64,000 bases of DNA from Myxococcota bacterium. Lineage in GTDB: Bacteria > Myxococcota_A > UBA9160 > UBA4427. Below the pieces are notes generated by a model that did not search any database, had not been told where the DNA came from, and saw only the letters and a program-made list of their open reading frames with translations. A program made the translations under genes and the position numbers. The stretch is taken from contig JAYZFK010000005.1 in the NCBI GenBank assembly GCA_036336835.1, positions 32,001 through 96,000 on the forward strand, read 5' to 3'. This document shows positions 9,493-20,787 of the stretch, one piece after another. Position 1 is the stretch's first letter; every line of letters starts with the position of its first letter.

Positions 9493-10545
9493 TCACGTCC
9501 CGATCTCTATCCCCTTGCGCCGACACAGCTCGAGCAGGAGATCGGGCCGATCGGTGATGATTCCGTCGACGCCGAGCTCGATCAGACGCTCCATGGCGGA
9601 CGGGTCGTTGACCGTCCAGGGAATGACGCGCATTCCCTTGGAGCGAAACGCCGCGATACCGTCCGCCAACCCATCGGCCCGATCGAGTAGCTCGCGCCAG
9701 TTCGGCGAGAAGTCGTCGATTTTCGCGTCGAGCCGTCCGAGCAGCTCGCCGACCGACTCTCCGGGCTGGCGCTCCAGGCCCGCGTGCCACTCGCTGCCCA
9801 GCGTGTTCCTCGCGAGCAGCGCGGCCATCCGGAGACGCGAGTCGATACGGTCGGCGATCACCAGAGCGCGCCAGTCGAAAGCCTGGATCGTGGTGCGCTC
9901 GACCATGTCGTACTTGCGGACGACGTCGATCACCGTCGCGACGAACTCCTCGAGCTCGATCGTGTCGTCGGAGCCGGGGACGGACTTGATTTCGATGTTG
10001 AAGCGAACAGTCTGGTCGCTCCGCTGCCGAACCAGGTCGAAGACCTCAGCGAGCGTGGGAATCCGCGCGCCCGGCTGATTCTCGCGAGGCGGCTCGGGAA
10101 AGCGCTCGCGGTCGGGGTTGAGCGAGCCGCAATCGAACTGCCTGACCTCCTCGAGCCGCAGGTCGCGCAGCAGCGGACCACTCTCCTCCTCGATCAGCTC
10201 GCCATCTGGCCAGACACAGAGACCCGGGTGGATGAACGGATCGTGTGCGACCACGACCGCGCCGTCGGCGGTGACACCGAGGTCGAGCTCGAGCGTCGTC
10301 ACGCCGAGCCGGAGCGCCTCCTCGAACGCGAGGAGCGTGTTCTCCGGCCGCAGGGCGCGAGCCCCGCGATGCCCCTGCACGTCGAGCGTCGTGGGACCCG
10401 CCGGCGGCTCCGGCTGGTGGTCGGGCTGCACCGCCGCCGGCTCGCCGGGCGCCGAGTGCTCTGGCAACGCAAGCCAGCGGGTCGCGAGCACGAGAGCCAG
10501 CACGAAGGCGACGAGCAGCAGGAGTCGGCGCGCGGTCGAATCCAC
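9493..10545 (-). CDS. Glycerophosphodiester phosphodiesterase, N-terminally anchored or exported
   Basis: N-terminal hydrophobic helix, QGHRGAR.LRPENT, LELDL, HDP, NIEIK, WTVND, GIITDRP. Confidence 0.9.
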   Translation of the reverse strand: MDSTARRLLLLVAFVLALVLATRWLALPEHSAPGEPAAVQPDHQPEPPAGPTTLDVQGHRGARALRPENTLLAFEEALRLGVTTLELDLGVTADGAVVVAHDPFIHPGLCVWPDGELIEEESGPLLRDLRLEEVRQFDCGSLNPDRERFPEPPRENQPGARIPTLAEVFDLVRQRSDQTVRFNIEIKSVPGSDDTIELEEFVATVIDVVRKYDMVERTTIQAFDWRALVIADRIDSRLRMAALLARNTLGSEWHAGLERQPGESVGELLGRLDAKIDDFSPNWRELLDRADGLADGIAAFRSKGMRVIPWTVNDPSAMERLIELGVDGIITDRPDLLLELCRRKGIEIGT

Positions 10546-10587
10546 TCAGCAAGGATACAGCCTGGCGCCCGAAGCCTCGACGCCGCG

Positions 10588-11055
10588 CTACTCGACGACG
10601 GACCCTTCGACGAAGAGGGCCGCGCGCGTTGACCCGACCACCACACCGATCCGGTACCGGAAGGGGCCGGCCACCTTGGTCTCGACCTTCACCGCGATCT
10701 CCTGAGTCTCGCCGGGAGCGATCTCGACGTCCTTGTGGGTGACCGTGACACTACGACTGCTCGGCTTGAGGAAGTAGGTTACCGGCTCGTTGGTGGGATT
10801 GATGACCGCGAAGCGCACCTCGACGTCGACGCCGAGCTCGAGCCGGTCGCCCAGCCAACGTTTCGTCTCGGGGAAGGTGAGCGGGAAGTCCAGCTCGGTC
10901 CGGTCCTTCAAGGCCCCCGCTGTGACGGCGAGGGTCAAGCCGAGCGCGAGCACGACAGAATGTGTCACCCATCTTCGAACCGGCACAGGGTCTCTCCCAG
11001 TCCTCACGTACGCGGAGCGTATCACCGCGTCGGGGCGATGCAGGCTTGGCTTCAC
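10588..11055 (-). CDS. Exported Ig-like beta-sandwich protein (DUF1573-like)
   Basis: Hydrophobic signal, F.VINPTNEPV and IAPGETQEI.V.V pattern. Start uncertain. Confidence 0.55.
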   Translation of the reverse strand: MKPSLHRPDAVIRSAYVRTGRDPVPVRRWVTHSVVLALGLTLAVTAGALKDRTELDFPLTFPETKRWLGDRLELGVDVEVRFAVINPTNEPVTYFLKPSSRSVTVTHKDVEIAPGETQEIAVKVETKVAGPFRYRIGVVVGSTRAALFVEGSVVE

Positions 11056-11062
11056 GCGCCGT

Positions 11063-12745
11063 TCACTCGTCGGTCACGCAGCCCTCGGAGGCCGACTTCA
11101 CGTTCTTGATGTACTTGAAGAGAGTGCCCTTCGTGGCCGACAGCGGCGGCGCCGTCCAGGCAGCGCGCCGCCGCTCGAGCTCGTCCGGCGCAACGTCGAG
11201 TTCGATCGAGCGCCGCTTGGTATCGACGTTGATCCGGTCGCCGTCTTCGACCAGGGCGATGGGGCCGCCTTCCTGCGCCTCGGGGGTGACGTGGCCGATG
11301 ATGAAGCCGTGCGAGCCCCCCGAGAAGCGGCCATCGGTGATCAGGGCGACGTGCTCGCCGAGGCCGGCGCCGACGATCGCCGAGGTCGGCGTCAGCATCT
11401 CGGGCATGCCGGGACCGCCCTTCGGCCCCTCGTAGCGGATCACGATGACGCTGCCCTTGCGGATCTCGCCTCGCTCGAGCGCCGCCAGCATCGCCTCCTC
11501 CCGGAGGTAGACCTGGGCCGGGCCGCTGAAGCTCAGGCCCTCCTTGCCGGTGATCTTGGCGACCGCTCCCTCGGGCGCGAGGCTGCCGCGCAGGATCTGA
11601 ATGTGGCCGCTCGACTTGATCGGGTCGTCCCAGCGACGGATCACCTCCTGGCCCTCCGCAAGGCCCGGCGCTTCGGCCACGTTCTGGGCAAGCGTCTTGC
11701 CGGTCACCGTCAGGCAGTCGCCGGTCATCGCACCCTGCTCGAGCAGGAGCTTGATCACGGCTGGCGTTCCCCCGACGAGATGCAGGTCCTCCATGACGTA
11801 GCGACCCGACGGCTTGAGGTCGGCCAGGAAAGGCACGCGATCGCTCACGGACTGGAAGTCGTCGAGTGCAAGCGGGACACCGATCGCCCGCGCCATCGCG
11901 ATCAGATGCAACACGGCATTGGTCGATCCACCGAGCGCGCTCACGATGACCATCGCATTCTCGAACGCATCGCGCGTCATGATGTCACTCGGCTTGATGT
12001 CGCTGTCGAGCAGGTTGAGCACTGCCTTGCCGGCGCGGAAGCACTCGTCGAGCTTGCCGGGATCGAGCGCCGGAATGGATGCGCTGTAGGGCAGCGACAT
12101 GCCGAGCGCCTCGATCGCACTCGCCATGGTGTTGGCCGTGTACATCCCGCCGCAGGCGCCTGCGCCCGGGCACGAGTGGCGCACGATGTCGAAACGCGCG
12201 TCCTCGTCGATGTTGCCGGCGATGAACTCGCCGTAGGACTGGAACGCGGACACGATGTCGAGCGGATTGCCGCTCTTGTCACGCCCCGGCTTGATCGTGC
12301 CGCCGTAGATCATCAGCGAGGGGCGATCGAGCCGCGCCATCGCCATCAGACAACCCGGCATGTTCTTGTCGCAGCCCGGAATCGAGATGTTGGCGTCGTA
12401 CCACTGCGCGGCCATCACCGTCTCGATCGAATCGGCGATCAGATCCCGCGACTGCAGCGAGTAGCTCATGCCATCGGTGCCCATCGACATGCCGTCGGAG
12501 ACCCCGATCGTGTTGAAGCGCATGCCCACCAGCCCAGCGGCCTCGACGCCCTCCTTGACCCTTCCGGCGAGATCGTTGAGGTGCATGTTGCAGCTGTTGC
12601 CCTCGTACCAGACGCTGGCGATCCCCACCTGGGCCTTCTGCAGGTCCGCCTCGCCGAGGCCGGTGGCGTAGAGTTGCGCCTGCGAGGCGCCCTGCGACTT
12701 GGGCTGGGTGATCCGAGAGCTGTACTTGTTGCGCTTGGATGCCAT
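11063..12745 (-). CDS. ilvD: Dihydroxy-acid dehydratase
   Basis: [66 protein letters not shown]. Confidence 0.97.
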   Translation of the reverse strand: MASKRNKYSSRITQPKSQGASQAQLYATGLGEADLQKAQVGIASVWYEGNSCNMHLNDLAGRVKEGVEAAGLVGMRFNTIGVSDGMSMGTDGMSYSLQSRDLIADSIETVMAAQWYDANISIPGCDKNMPGCLMAMARLDRPSLMIYGGTIKPGRDKSGNPLDIVSAFQSYGEFIAGNIDEDARFDIVRHSCPGAGACGGMYTANTMASAIEALGMSLPYSASIPALDPGKLDECFRAGKAVLNLLDSDIKPSDIMTRDAFENAMVIVSALGGSTNAVLHLIAMARAIGVPLALDDFQSVSDRVPFLADLKPSGRYVMEDLHLVGGTPAVIKLLLEQGAMTGDCLTVTGKTLAQNVAEAPGLAEGQEVIRRWDDPIKSSGHIQILRGSLAPEGAVAKITGKEGLSFSGPAQVYLREEAMLAALERGEIRKGSVIVIRYEGPKGGPGMPEMLTPTSAIVGAGLGEHVALITDGRFSGGSHGFIIGHVTPEAQEGGPIALVEDGDRINVDTKRRSIELDVAPDELERRRAAWTAPPLSATKGTLFKYIKNVKSASEGCVTDE

Positions 12746-12835
12746 GTCGTGCTCCGTGAAGGGCGAGCGCGGGAGTCTAGCCTGCATGCCGCGCCGCATC
12801 CGGTACCCTGCGAGCCCACCGCGCGGAGGCTGCGA

Positions 12836-14041
12836 GTGTCCTTCGACTTCAACCCTCTGGACCCCGAGCAGCGAAGAGATCCGTTCGACGCCTACGCACG
12901 CGGTCGCGAACTCCGCATCGTCGGACACGAAGCTCTGCCGATGCCGCTGCACTCGATCTTCGGCTACGAGGATATCCAGGGCGTCCTGCGGGATCACACG
13001 ACCTTCAGCAACGTGTTTCCGCGCGATCCGGCGATCACCCAGGCGATCGGCGAGGAGCCGCCGCAGAGCATGCTCGGCAGCGACCCGCCTCGGCACACGC
13101 GGCTGCGCGGCCTGGTGAGCTCGGCCTTTACGCCCCGCATCGTCCAGCGTCTCGAGCCGCGCATGGTGGAGATCGCGAACCAGCTCGTCGACGAGGCGGT
13201 TGCCAAGGGCGAGGTGGACCTGGTCCAGGCGCTCACCTTCCCGCTGCCCGTCGTGGTGATCGCCGAGATCATCGGGGTGCCGGCCGAGGACCGCGAACAG
13301 TTCAAGGGCTGGTCGGAGAAGGTGGTCGAGAGCCTCGGGCTGGGCCTGCTCACGGGCAGCGACCCCGATCGGGCGCAGCGCCAGCACGCGGTCTTGCGCG
13401 AGATGTCCGACTACTTCGTGCCGCTCGCCGAGCAGCGCCGCCACGACCCGAAGCCCGACTTGATGACCGGGCTCGTACAGGCGCGCTACGAAGGCAGCCC
13501 GCTCGACGCCGACGAGATGCTGCAGATGCTCACGTTGCTGCTCGTCGCGGGCAATGAGACGACGACGACACTGATCGGCAACACTGCAGTGGAGCTGATG
13601 CAGCACCCCGATGCGGCAGAAGCGCTGCGGCGCGACCCGAGTGGAGTGCCGAGCGCGATCGAGGAGGTGCTGCGCTTCAGCTCGCCGATCCAGTTCGATC
13701 CGCGTCGCGTCACCCGCGACACAGAGCTGTGCGGCGCGAAGCTCGCCCGCGGCGACTGGGTGTTGTCGTGGCTCGGCTCGGCCAACCGCGACGGGCGCGT
13801 CTTCGAGCAGCCCGAACGCTTCGACATCCGGCGCCAGAAGAACCCGCATCTCTCGTTCGGCTTCGGCACGCACTACTGCATCGGCGCCAACCTCGCCCGG
13901 CTCGAGGCGCGCGTCGCGATCGACGCAGTCTTGCGCAAGACGAGCGCGTTCGAACGCATCGGCGATGCACCGCTAGCGCTCCACCCGAGCCCCGTGTTCC
14001 GCTCCTACCGCAGCATCCCGGTGCGTCTCGTGGCGGCCTGA
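12836..14041 (+). CDS. Cytochrome P450
   Basis: [25 protein letters not shown], heme motif [10 protein letters not shown]. Confidence 0.95.
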   Translation: MSFDFNPLDPEQRRDPFDAYARGRELRIVGHEALPMPLHSIFGYEDIQGVLRDHTTFSNVFPRDPAITQAIGEEPPQSMLGSDPPRHTRLRGLVSSAFTPRIVQRLEPRMVEIANQLVDEAVAKGEVDLVQALTFPLPVVVIAEIIGVPAEDREQFKGWSEKVVESLGLGLLTGSDPDRAQRQHAVLREMSDYFVPLAEQRRHDPKPDLMTGLVQARYEGSPLDADEMLQMLTLLLVAGNETTTTLIGNTAVELMQHPDAAEALRRDPSGVPSAIEEVLRFSSPIQFDPRRVTRDTELCGAKLARGDWVLSWLGSANRDGRVFEQPERFDIRRQKNPHLSFGFGTHYCIGANLARLEARVAIDAVLRKTSAFERIGDAPLALHPSPVFRSYRSIPVRLVAA

Positions 14042-14098
14042 CGCGCGCACGCGCAACCCTGTTCGGCCGCGATGGAAATCCGGCCAGGCCCGGGCGAG

Positions 14099-14878
14099 CT
14101 AGTCGTCGAGCTCGGGCGCCCACGCAACACCATTGATGTGGGAGCCGCCGTCGACGAAGAGCGTGTTGCCCGTCATGTAACGGCAGCCCTCGCTGGCGAG
14201 GAACAACGCCACGGGCGAGATGTCGTCGTAGCAGTCCCCGATGCGGCCCATCGGGTTGCTGGCATCTGCCGCTGCGACCAGCTCGGGGTGCTGGGCCATC
14301 ATCGACCGGAATGAAGCGGATTTGGCAGCCGGGCAGACGATGTTGGCGACGATGCCCGAGCCTGCCCATTCGCGGGCGGCCGTGCGGGTCGCGGCGCGGA
14401 GCGCTTCTTTCGATGCGTTGTACTCGACGGTGCCCATGTGGGCGTTCACACCATTGAGCGAGCAGATGCCAATGATTCGGCCGTAGCCCTTCGCCTTCAT
14501 GATCGGGTGCGCGGCAACCATGGCCCAGAAGGGCCCGAAGAACCCCATGTTCAAGCCATGGGTCATCAGCTCGACGGTCTTGTTCTCGATGCGACCGACG
14601 CGACCGCCACCCCAGGCGTTGTTGACGAGGATGTCGAGTGTGCCCCAGCGGTCGACGGCGGCCGCCACCATCGCCTCGACCTGCTTCCTGTCGGACGCGT
14701 CGGTCTCGACGAAGTAGCCGGCGTCACCGAGCTCGTCGGCGATGGCCGCACCCGTCGCGGGATCGATTTCGGCGATCACGATCTTCGCGCCGTGGCTCGC
14801 GAAGCGCCGGGCGATGGCGGCACCGATGCCGTCGCCTGCACCCGTGATCACTGCGATTCGTCCATCCAGCAGTCCCAA
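14099..14878 (-). CDS. Short-chain dehydrogenase/reductase
   Basis: TGAGDGIG, NNAW, YNASK, VDGG. Confidence 0.92.
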   Translation of the reverse strand: MGLLDGRIAVITGAGDGIGAAIARRFASHGAKIVIAEIDPATGAAIADELGDAGYFVETDASDRKQVEAMVAAAVDRWGTLDILVNNAWGGGRVGRIENKTVELMTHGLNMGFFGPFWAMVAAHPIMKAKGYGRIIGICSLNGVNAHMGTVEYNASKEALRAATRTAAREWAGSGIVANIVCPAAKSASFRSMMAQHPELVAAADASNPMGRIGDCYDDISPVALFLASEGCRYMTGNTLFVDGGSHINGVAWAPELDD

Positions 14879-15008
14879 GGCTCCCTCCTCCCGCTCGGAC
14901 CAATCCCGCGAGCGGCGTCCAGTCTACTCGCTGATTCAGAACCGCACCGCCACGTGCGCGGGGTACGCTATGGCGCGATCGATCCACCCAACGGAGACCT
15001 GCCCCACG

Positions 15009-15818
15009 ATGCCCGATCTGCTGTACGAGAAGCGCGACGGAGTCGCGATCCTGACCTTCAATCGCCCCGAGCGGCGCAACGCACTGAGCCCGCAGCTGAT
15101 GGTACTGCTATGCGAGGCGTGGCAGGACTTCCGCGACGACGACTCACTTCGCGTCGCCATCCTGACGGGTGCAGGCGACAAGGCTTTCTGCGCCGGTGGG
15201 GATCTCGGGCTGCTGATGCCGCTGTTTACCGGCGCGCGCCAGCCCGAGGACGAGTGGGACGAGCGATTGATGTCGGACGCCGCGCAGGTAATGGCAACGG
15301 CACTGCTGCGACCGTTCGAGCTGTACAAGCCGATCATTGCGGCGATCAACGGTGTCGCCGTCGCCGGCGGGTCGGAGATCCTGCAATCGACCGACATCCG
15401 CATCGCTTCGCGGGCGGCGAGCTTCGGGCTATCCGAGGCGAAACGCGGCCTGGTTCCGGGCGGAGGCTCGATGGTGAGGCTGCCCCGCCAGATCTCCTAC
15501 TGCAAGGCAATGGAGATCATGCTCCTCGGCGACGAGATCTCGGCCGAGGAGGCGCACCGGATCGGGCTTGTGAACGAGATCGTCGAGCCGACAGCACTGA
15601 TGCCGCGCGCGCTCGAGGTCGCTGATCGACTCGCCCGCAACGGTCCGGTCGCGCTGCGCAAGATCAAGGAGGCAGTGATCCGCACCAGCGGTCTGCCATT
15701 GGAAGAGGCCTACGCGATCGAGCGCGAGTGTGCTGCCGCCGTCACGAGTACGAGAGACGCCCGAGAAGGCCCGCGCGCCTTCATGGAAAAGCGCACACCG
15801 GTGTTCACGGGAGAGTGA
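15009..15818 (+). CDS. Enoyl-CoA hydratase/isomerase
   Basis: NRPERRNAL, AFCAGGDL, KPIIAAING.AVAGG.E, DAREG..AF.EKR.P.F. Confidence 0.92.
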   Translation: MPDLLYEKRDGVAILTFNRPERRNALSPQLMVLLCEAWQDFRDDDSLRVAILTGAGDKAFCAGGDLGLLMPLFTGARQPEDEWDERLMSDAAQVMATALLRPFELYKPIIAAINGVAVAGGSEILQSTDIRIASRAASFGLSEAKRGLVPGGGSMVRLPRQISYCKAMEIMLLGDEISAEEAHRIGLVNEIVEPTALMPRALEVADRLARNGPVALRKIKEAVIRTSGLPLEEAYAIERECAAAVTSTRDAREGPRAFMEKRTPVFTGE

Positions 15819-15837
15819 GAGCCCGTCGAAACTGGGG

Positions 15838-16941
15838 CTACAGGTGGTAGATCAGCATGCCCCGCCGGTCGCGGTGGACCTCGGCTTCACCGGCCAGCCG
15901 CAGATGCTCGAGATGCGCATACGTCTCGCTCTCGGCCATGGCCCCCCAGCTGCGCTGCTTGAACAGCCGCTGCGAGAAGGCCTCGACCGTCTCGGGGCCG
16001 ATCCCGCGTGCGATCTCCCGGACCTTGTCGAGCCGCTCGTCGTGATGCTGCTGGATCGCGTGACAGCGAGCCGCGAGATCGCTGAACGGGTGGCCGTGGG
16101 CGGGCAGCACCTGCTTGACGTGCGGGATCGCCGCGCACAGATCGAGTGATTCGTAGAACGTGCGCAGCGGGTCGAGCGAACGAGCCACGCCGCCGATGTG
16201 CGGCGTGATGGTGGGCAGCACGTGGTCACCCGACAGGAACACCTCTTCCTCCGGGCAGTGCAGGCAGATGTGGTCTTCGGTGTGCCCCGGGGTGTGAAGG
16301 ATGAAGTACTCGCGCTTCGCCAGGCGCAGCACTTGCAGATTCGTAACCGGGTCCGTGATCGTGGGAACGAACTGGATGCCGCGAAAGGTGCGCAGGGCCA
16401 GGTACACCCAGCGCGCGAAACCCGACGGACCGGGACGCTTGCCGCCCCACGGCGCCCGGCCCCGGAAGCCCCGATGCTGCGGCGGAGGCCACGTCGGTAG
16501 CGGGCGGCCCGATGCCTCGGCCTCCAACTCCGCATCCTCCGCTTCGGCGGCCGCCTCCTGATCCTCGACGGATGCCTTGGCTTCGTCCTCGGGTGAGGGC
16601 ACGCCGAAGAAGAACGAGTCGTGGCCGACGACCTTGGCCCCCGCTTCCTTCGCGAGCCGCACCGCGCCGCCGAAGTGATCGGGGTGGGAGTGCGTGACGA
16701 TCACCGTGTGAACGTCCTTCACCTTCAGGCTGGCCTGGCCGAGGCGATCCTCGAGCGCGGCATAGGTACTCGGACCGGGAAGTCCGGGGTCGACCACTGC
16801 ACAGCCATCGTCGTCGACCAGCGCGTAACAGTTGACGTGGCGGAGGCCGGGAAGCCGGATCGGCAGCTCCATCCGAAGAACGTTCTTCGCGACTTCCGAA
16901 ATTTCGCGTCGCGCCGGTTCCTGTTCCTGCTTCTTCGCCAT
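15838..16941 (-). CDS. MBL-fold metallo-hydrolase
   Basis: THSHPDHFG, TPGHT..H, GDHVL, PAHG. Acidic/Pro-rich insertion in the middle. Confidence 0.88.
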   Translation of the reverse strand: MAKKQEQEPARREISEVAKNVLRMELPIRLPGLRHVNCYALVDDDGCAVVDPGLPGPSTYAALEDRLGQASLKVKDVHTVIVTHSHPDHFGGAVRLAKEAGAKVVGHDSFFFGVPSPEDEAKASVEDQEAAAEAEDAELEAEASGRPLPTWPPPQHRGFRGRAPWGGKRPGPSGFARWVYLALRTFRGIQFVPTITDPVTNLQVLRLAKREYFILHTPGHTEDHICLHCPEEEVFLSGDHVLPTITPHIGGVARSLDPLRTFYESLDLCAAIPHVKQVLPAHGHPFSDLAARCHAIQQHHDERLDKVREIARGIGPETVEAFSQRLFKQRSWGAMAESETYAHLEHLRLAGEAEVHRDRRGMLIYHL

Positions 16942-16982
16942 GGCTCGACACTACCCGATCGGATCCTCAGTCGCGCCTGGGG

Positions 16983-17594
16983 TCAGGCTTGCGTAATAGG
17001 CAGGTGGCGCGGCTGGGCGCGGACTCGCTCTTGCCAGACGAGCACCTCCGGGAAACGTCCCAGCTCGAAGTCAGCCTCGTCCGCGACGTGCGTGTACGCG
17101 TAGAGCGAGATGTCCGCCAGGGTGTATGCGCTCCCTGCCATCCACTCGCGGCCGCGCAGGTGCTCGTTCAGGACCCCGAGCGCGCGGTACCCACCGTCGA
17201 GCTTCTCGCGATAGCGCTCTTCGCCGATCTCCTCGGCCGACTGGCCGAGGGAGGACCGCCAGAACCGGAGCGTTCCGATGAATGGCTCGAGGCTGTACTG
17301 CTCGAAACACATCCACTGCCACATCTGCGCTCGTTCGTAGGCATCGACCGGAACGAATCGCGTCTGCTCGGCAAAAAACGACAAGATCGCGTGCGATTCG
17401 CACAGGAGCCGCCCATCTTCGAGCTCGAGCATCGGCACCTTTCCATTGGCGTTCTTGGCGAGAAAGGCGGGCTCGCGAGTGATCCCGGTCTTGATGTCGA
17501 GTAGTACGAGCTCGTAGGGCACGCGCAGTAGGGTCAGCAGCAGCCGCACTTTGTAGCCGTTGCCCGAGGGCAGATAGTCGTAGAGCTTGATCAT
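16983..17594 (-). CDS. Glutathione S-transferase family
   Basis: SGNGYKVRL, NGKVP, ESHAI, FEQYS.EP, TLADI.LYAYTH. Confidence 0.9.
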   Translation of the reverse strand: MIKLYDYLPSGNGYKVRLLLTLLRVPYELVLLDIKTGITREPAFLAKNANGKVPMLELEDGRLLCESHAILSFFAEQTRFVPVDAYERAQMWQWMCFEQYSLEPFIGTLRFWRSSLGQSAEEIGEERYREKLDGGYRALGVLNEHLRGREWMAGSAYTLADISLYAYTHVADEADFELGRFPEVLVWQERVRAQPRHLPITQA

Positions 17595-18631
17595 GTAGCG
17601 GCCTCCGCGCCCGCCTCGACGGGCCTGCTCGCCAGCACGATCCACTCCTCGCCACACGGCTCGCCGCGCGCCACGCGCGAGTGCTCGCCGAGCCAGAACC
17701 GGATCCCAGCCAGGCGCTCGGCCAGCGGCAGCGCAGCCACGCGGATGCCCGGCAACGCACCGTCGCGCTCGATGCCGCGACTGGCGCTCCACACGAAGTG
17801 GGCCGAGCCGGCGCAGCTGAAGACGCGTTCCACAGCAAAGCCGCTCGCTTCCACCAGGCGGCGAAGTGCCCGCTCGCCGCGCAGCTCGAGATGACGCGGC
17901 GGGTCCCAGTGCAGCCAGCTCGCGCCAAAGCGCTCGCGTGCGGCACTCGACGGATTGGGCGTCGCCAGCGACAGCCGACCACCCGGCCGCAACACGCGCA
18001 GACAGCCGGCCAGGGTGGCAGGGGCATCCGGCAGATGCTCGAGGACGTGATCGAGGACGACGGCGTCGTACTCGGCCGTACCCATCTCGTCGAGCGTCGC
18101 CGCGATCCGGGCACCGCTTCGCTCGCGCGCCGCGCGCGCGGCCTCGGCGTCGAGTTCCACACCAGCAACGCTCCAGCCGAGGTCGCGCATCCGCGCCAGC
18201 AGTTCGCCCGAGCCACAACCCACGTCGAGCAGCCGCCCGCCGGCCCGCGCGGGCAGCCACAGCACCGCTCGCTCGCCGATCGTGCGCAGCGGGCCGAACG
18301 ACGAGATGGCGCGTCCCGCGCAACGCGCGAGTGGACTCACGCGATCTCGGTACCCGAGCCGCGCCGCCGGAACCGCACGCTTGAGCCAGGGTTCGAATCC
18401 CCCCGGAGCCCCAACATTGCGCTCGCGACGGTCGACGTGGGTGTAATAGTCGCGGTAGCTGCGGTGCAGCTCGTCGGGATCGGGTGCGGGGTCGAGCCAG
18501 AACCGGTCGCACGCGTTGCAGTGCAGCATGCGCCACACGCCCTCGACACCGAAGTGGCGATCGCACAGGCCGTCGTGCACGACTCGACCCGGATCACCAC
18601 AGTCGCGGCACACTGCAGCGACTTCGCTCAT
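17591..18631 (-). CDS. Class I SAM methyltransferase with N-terminal CxxC...CxxC zinc ribbon
   Basis: CRDCG...CNACD, LLDVGCGSG, HVLEHL, LRPGG, TPN, DPPRH. Confidence 0.85.
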   Translation of the reverse strand: MSEVAAVCRDCGDPGRVVHDGLCDRHFGVEGVWRMLHCNACDRFWLDPAPDPDELHRSYRDYYTHVDRRERNVGAPGGFEPWLKRAVPAARLGYRDRVSPLARCAGRAISSFGPLRTIGERAVLWLPARAGGRLLDVGCGSGELLARMRDLGWSVAGVELDAEAARAARERSGARIAATLDEMGTAEYDAVVLDHVLEHLPDAPATLAGCLRVLRPGGRLSLATPNPSSAARERFGASWLHWDPPRHLELRGERALRRLVEASGFAVERVFSCAGSAHFVWSASRGIERDGALPGIRVAALPLAERLAGIRFWLGEHSRVARGEPCGEEWIVLASRPVEAGAEAAT

Positions 18632-18829
18632 CGAGCCCCCACTGGTCCACCTCGAAGCGCACGAGAATAACGCACGGACCCCTCGCCTCGCGGCTGCCGG
18701 CGCGCTGCGTATTCCCTGCACAGGTCCAGCGGAGCACAGGGGCCGCTTCGGCAGATCGGCTATGTGGTAGCCTTTCGCGAACGACGCGGCCTGCCGATCC
18801 CCACGCCAGGCTCCCGTGGAGGAACACGC

Positions 18830-19795
18830 GTGATCGCCGTCGTGATCCCGTGCCATCGCGTCAAACACCACGTACTCGGCGTACTGGCCGCGATCGGCCC
18901 CGAGTGCAACGCCATCTACGTGGTGGATGACGCCTGCCCCGAGCACACCGGGGACCACGTCGAGCGCGAGGCGCACGACCCACGCATCCGCGTGATCCGC
19001 AACCCCAGCAATCTCGGCGTCGGCGGCGCAACGCTGGCCGGCTACGCCGCCGCGCTCGCAGATGGTGCGCGGATCATCGTCAAGTGCGACGGCGATGGGC
19101 AGATGGACCCCGCGATGATCCCTCGGCTCGTCCGCCCCATCCAGAGCGGCGAAGCCGACTACACCAAGGGCAACCGCTTCTTCGACCTGTCCGGTCTGGA
19201 TCGGATGCCAAAGCTTCGACTGCTCGGCAACTCGCTGCTCTCATTCCTGACCAAGCTCTCGAGTGGCTACTGGAACGTCTTCGATCCGACCAATGGCTTC
19301 ACGGCGATCCACGCATCGGTGGCGCGCGAGCTCCCCGTCGACAAGATCGCCCGCGGTTTCTTCTTCGAATCCGACATGCTGTTCCGACTCGGCACGCTGC
19401 GAGCGGTCGTCTGCGATGTTCCGATGCCGGCGCGCTACGGCGATGAGAGTAGCAACCTCCGCATCGCTCGGATCGCAGGTCTCTTCGCGATGAAGCACGT
19501 CATCAATACCGCGAAACGGATCTTCTACAATTATTATCTGCGCAACTTCAACATCGCGTCGATCGAGATCCTCGTCGGCCTGCTGTTGATCGGCTTCGGG
19601 GCCTGGTTCGGTGGCACGCACTGGCTCGAAGGCATCCGCCGCAACGTTCCGCAGACCAGCGGCACGGTGATGGTGGCGGCGCTGCCGGTCATCGTGGGCA
19701 TCCAGCTGCTACTCGCCGCACTGAGCTACGACCTGCAGAACGTGCCCCGAGACGTGATGCACAAGCGCCTGGCGCCGGGCCCCGACAAGCCGTGA
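18830..19795 (+). CDS. GT2 glycosyltransferase (DPM-synthase-like) with C-terminal TM helices
   Basis: GGAGG RBS, VVIPC, VDDAC, NLGVGGA, DGDGQ, KGNRF, FESDML. Confidence 0.9.
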   Translation: MIAVVIPCHRVKHHVLGVLAAIGPECNAIYVVDDACPEHTGDHVEREAHDPRIRVIRNPSNLGVGGATLAGYAAALADGARIIVKCDGDGQMDPAMIPRLVRPIQSGEADYTKGNRFFDLSGLDRMPKLRLLGNSLLSFLTKLSSGYWNVFDPTNGFTAIHASVARELPVDKIARGFFFESDMLFRLGTLRAVVCDVPMPARYGDESSNLRIARIAGLFAMKHVINTAKRIFYNYYLRNFNIASIEILVGLLLIGFGAWFGGTHWLEGIRRNVPQTSGTVMVAALPVIVGIQLLLAALSYDLQNVPRDVMHKRLAPGPDKP

Positions 19796-20787
19796 CCCGG
19801 CGCATCGGCCTGTTCGCCCTACGGCTCGCCGTCGCCGTCGGAGGACTGACGCTGGTGATCCGACTCGCCATCCCCGGCGCCGGCGAGGGCCTGCTCACGC
19901 GTCTGCGCTCGGCCTGGGTGGCCGAGCCGATCGAAACGTGGAGCGGGATCCTGGTTGCAACCGCGCTGTTCGGTGTCAGCTACGCAATCGGAGCGATGCG
20001 CTTCCGCTTGCTGCTTGCTTCCGCAGGTCTGCCCGCGCGCTTCGGAAGCCTGTTGCGCGCGTACCTGATCGCGAGCTTCTTCAACCTCGTGCTTCCCGGC
20101 CTGATCATGGGCGACGTCTACCGTCTGGCCGACGCGCGCCGCGACACCGGCCGCGGCGCAGCCGTGCTCGGCATCGTCGTGCTCGAGCGGTTGCTGGGTT
20201 TCGCCGCGCTCGGTGCGATGGCGTTGCTGGCCGCTCCGCTGTTGCCGGGCGAAACAGCACTCTGGGTGCGCCTGACTGTCGGGCTCCTCGGCGCAGCCAC
20301 ACTGCTCGGACCTTTCGTGCCGTCTAGTACCGCGGGTCGGCGGGTCGCCACGACGCTCGCGAACGCGCTCTCACGAGTCTGGCCGCGCGCTGGCGATACC
20401 GCAGTCAGCGCGCTCGAGGCGATAGGGCGCGCCGCTCTACAGCCCGCCGTACTCGCGCGCGCGTTCGGGCTCTCACTGGCCAATCAGTGGCTACCCGTCT
20501 TCGCCGTCGTTGCCCTCGCGTCGCCCCTCGACACGAACATCGCGGTCTACTGGTACGCGGTGATCATCCCGTTCGTCACGCTCGCGAGCCTGCTGCCGAT
20601 CAGTATCGGCGGAACCGGTGTGCGCGAGGCCTTGTTCGTCGGCCTGTTCGGAGCCGTGGGCATGCGTCCCGAGGTCGCACTCGTGCTGGCACTGTCTACC
20701 TTGTTCGTCGCCCTCGCCTGGGGTCTGGTCGGACTGTTGTTGTTCACCCTCGGTCGCCGCCATCCCGGCATCGCGGCAACGGTATGA
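19792..20787 (+). CDS. Lysylphosphatidylglycerol-synthase TM / flippase-like membrane protein (UPF0104)
   Basis: FFN.VLP..IMGD.YR, ERLLG, LPISIGG.GVRE. Multiple TM helices. Confidence 0.85.
   Translation: MTRRIGLFALRLAVAVGGLTLVIRLAIPGAGEGLLTRLRSAWVAEPIETWSGILVATALFGVSYAIGAMRFRLLLASAGLPARFGSLLRAYLIASFFNLVLPGLIMGDVYRLADARRDTGRGAAVLGIVVLERLLGFAALGAMALLAAPLLPGETALWVRLTVGLLGAATLLGPFVPSSTAGRRVATTLANALSRVWPRAGDTAVSALEAIGRAALQPAVLARAFGLSLANQWLPVFAVVALASPLDTNIAVYWYAVIIPFVTLASLLPISIGGTGVREALFVGLFGAVGMRPEVALVLALSTLFVALAWGLVGLLLFTLGRRHPGIAATV

Noticed and set aside
10790..14041. Apparent 1083-aa P450 fusion and 936-aa IlvD fusion
   Set aside because: Each N-terminal extension is just the antisense of the divergent neighbour. 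The real starts are 12836 (+) and 12745 (-).
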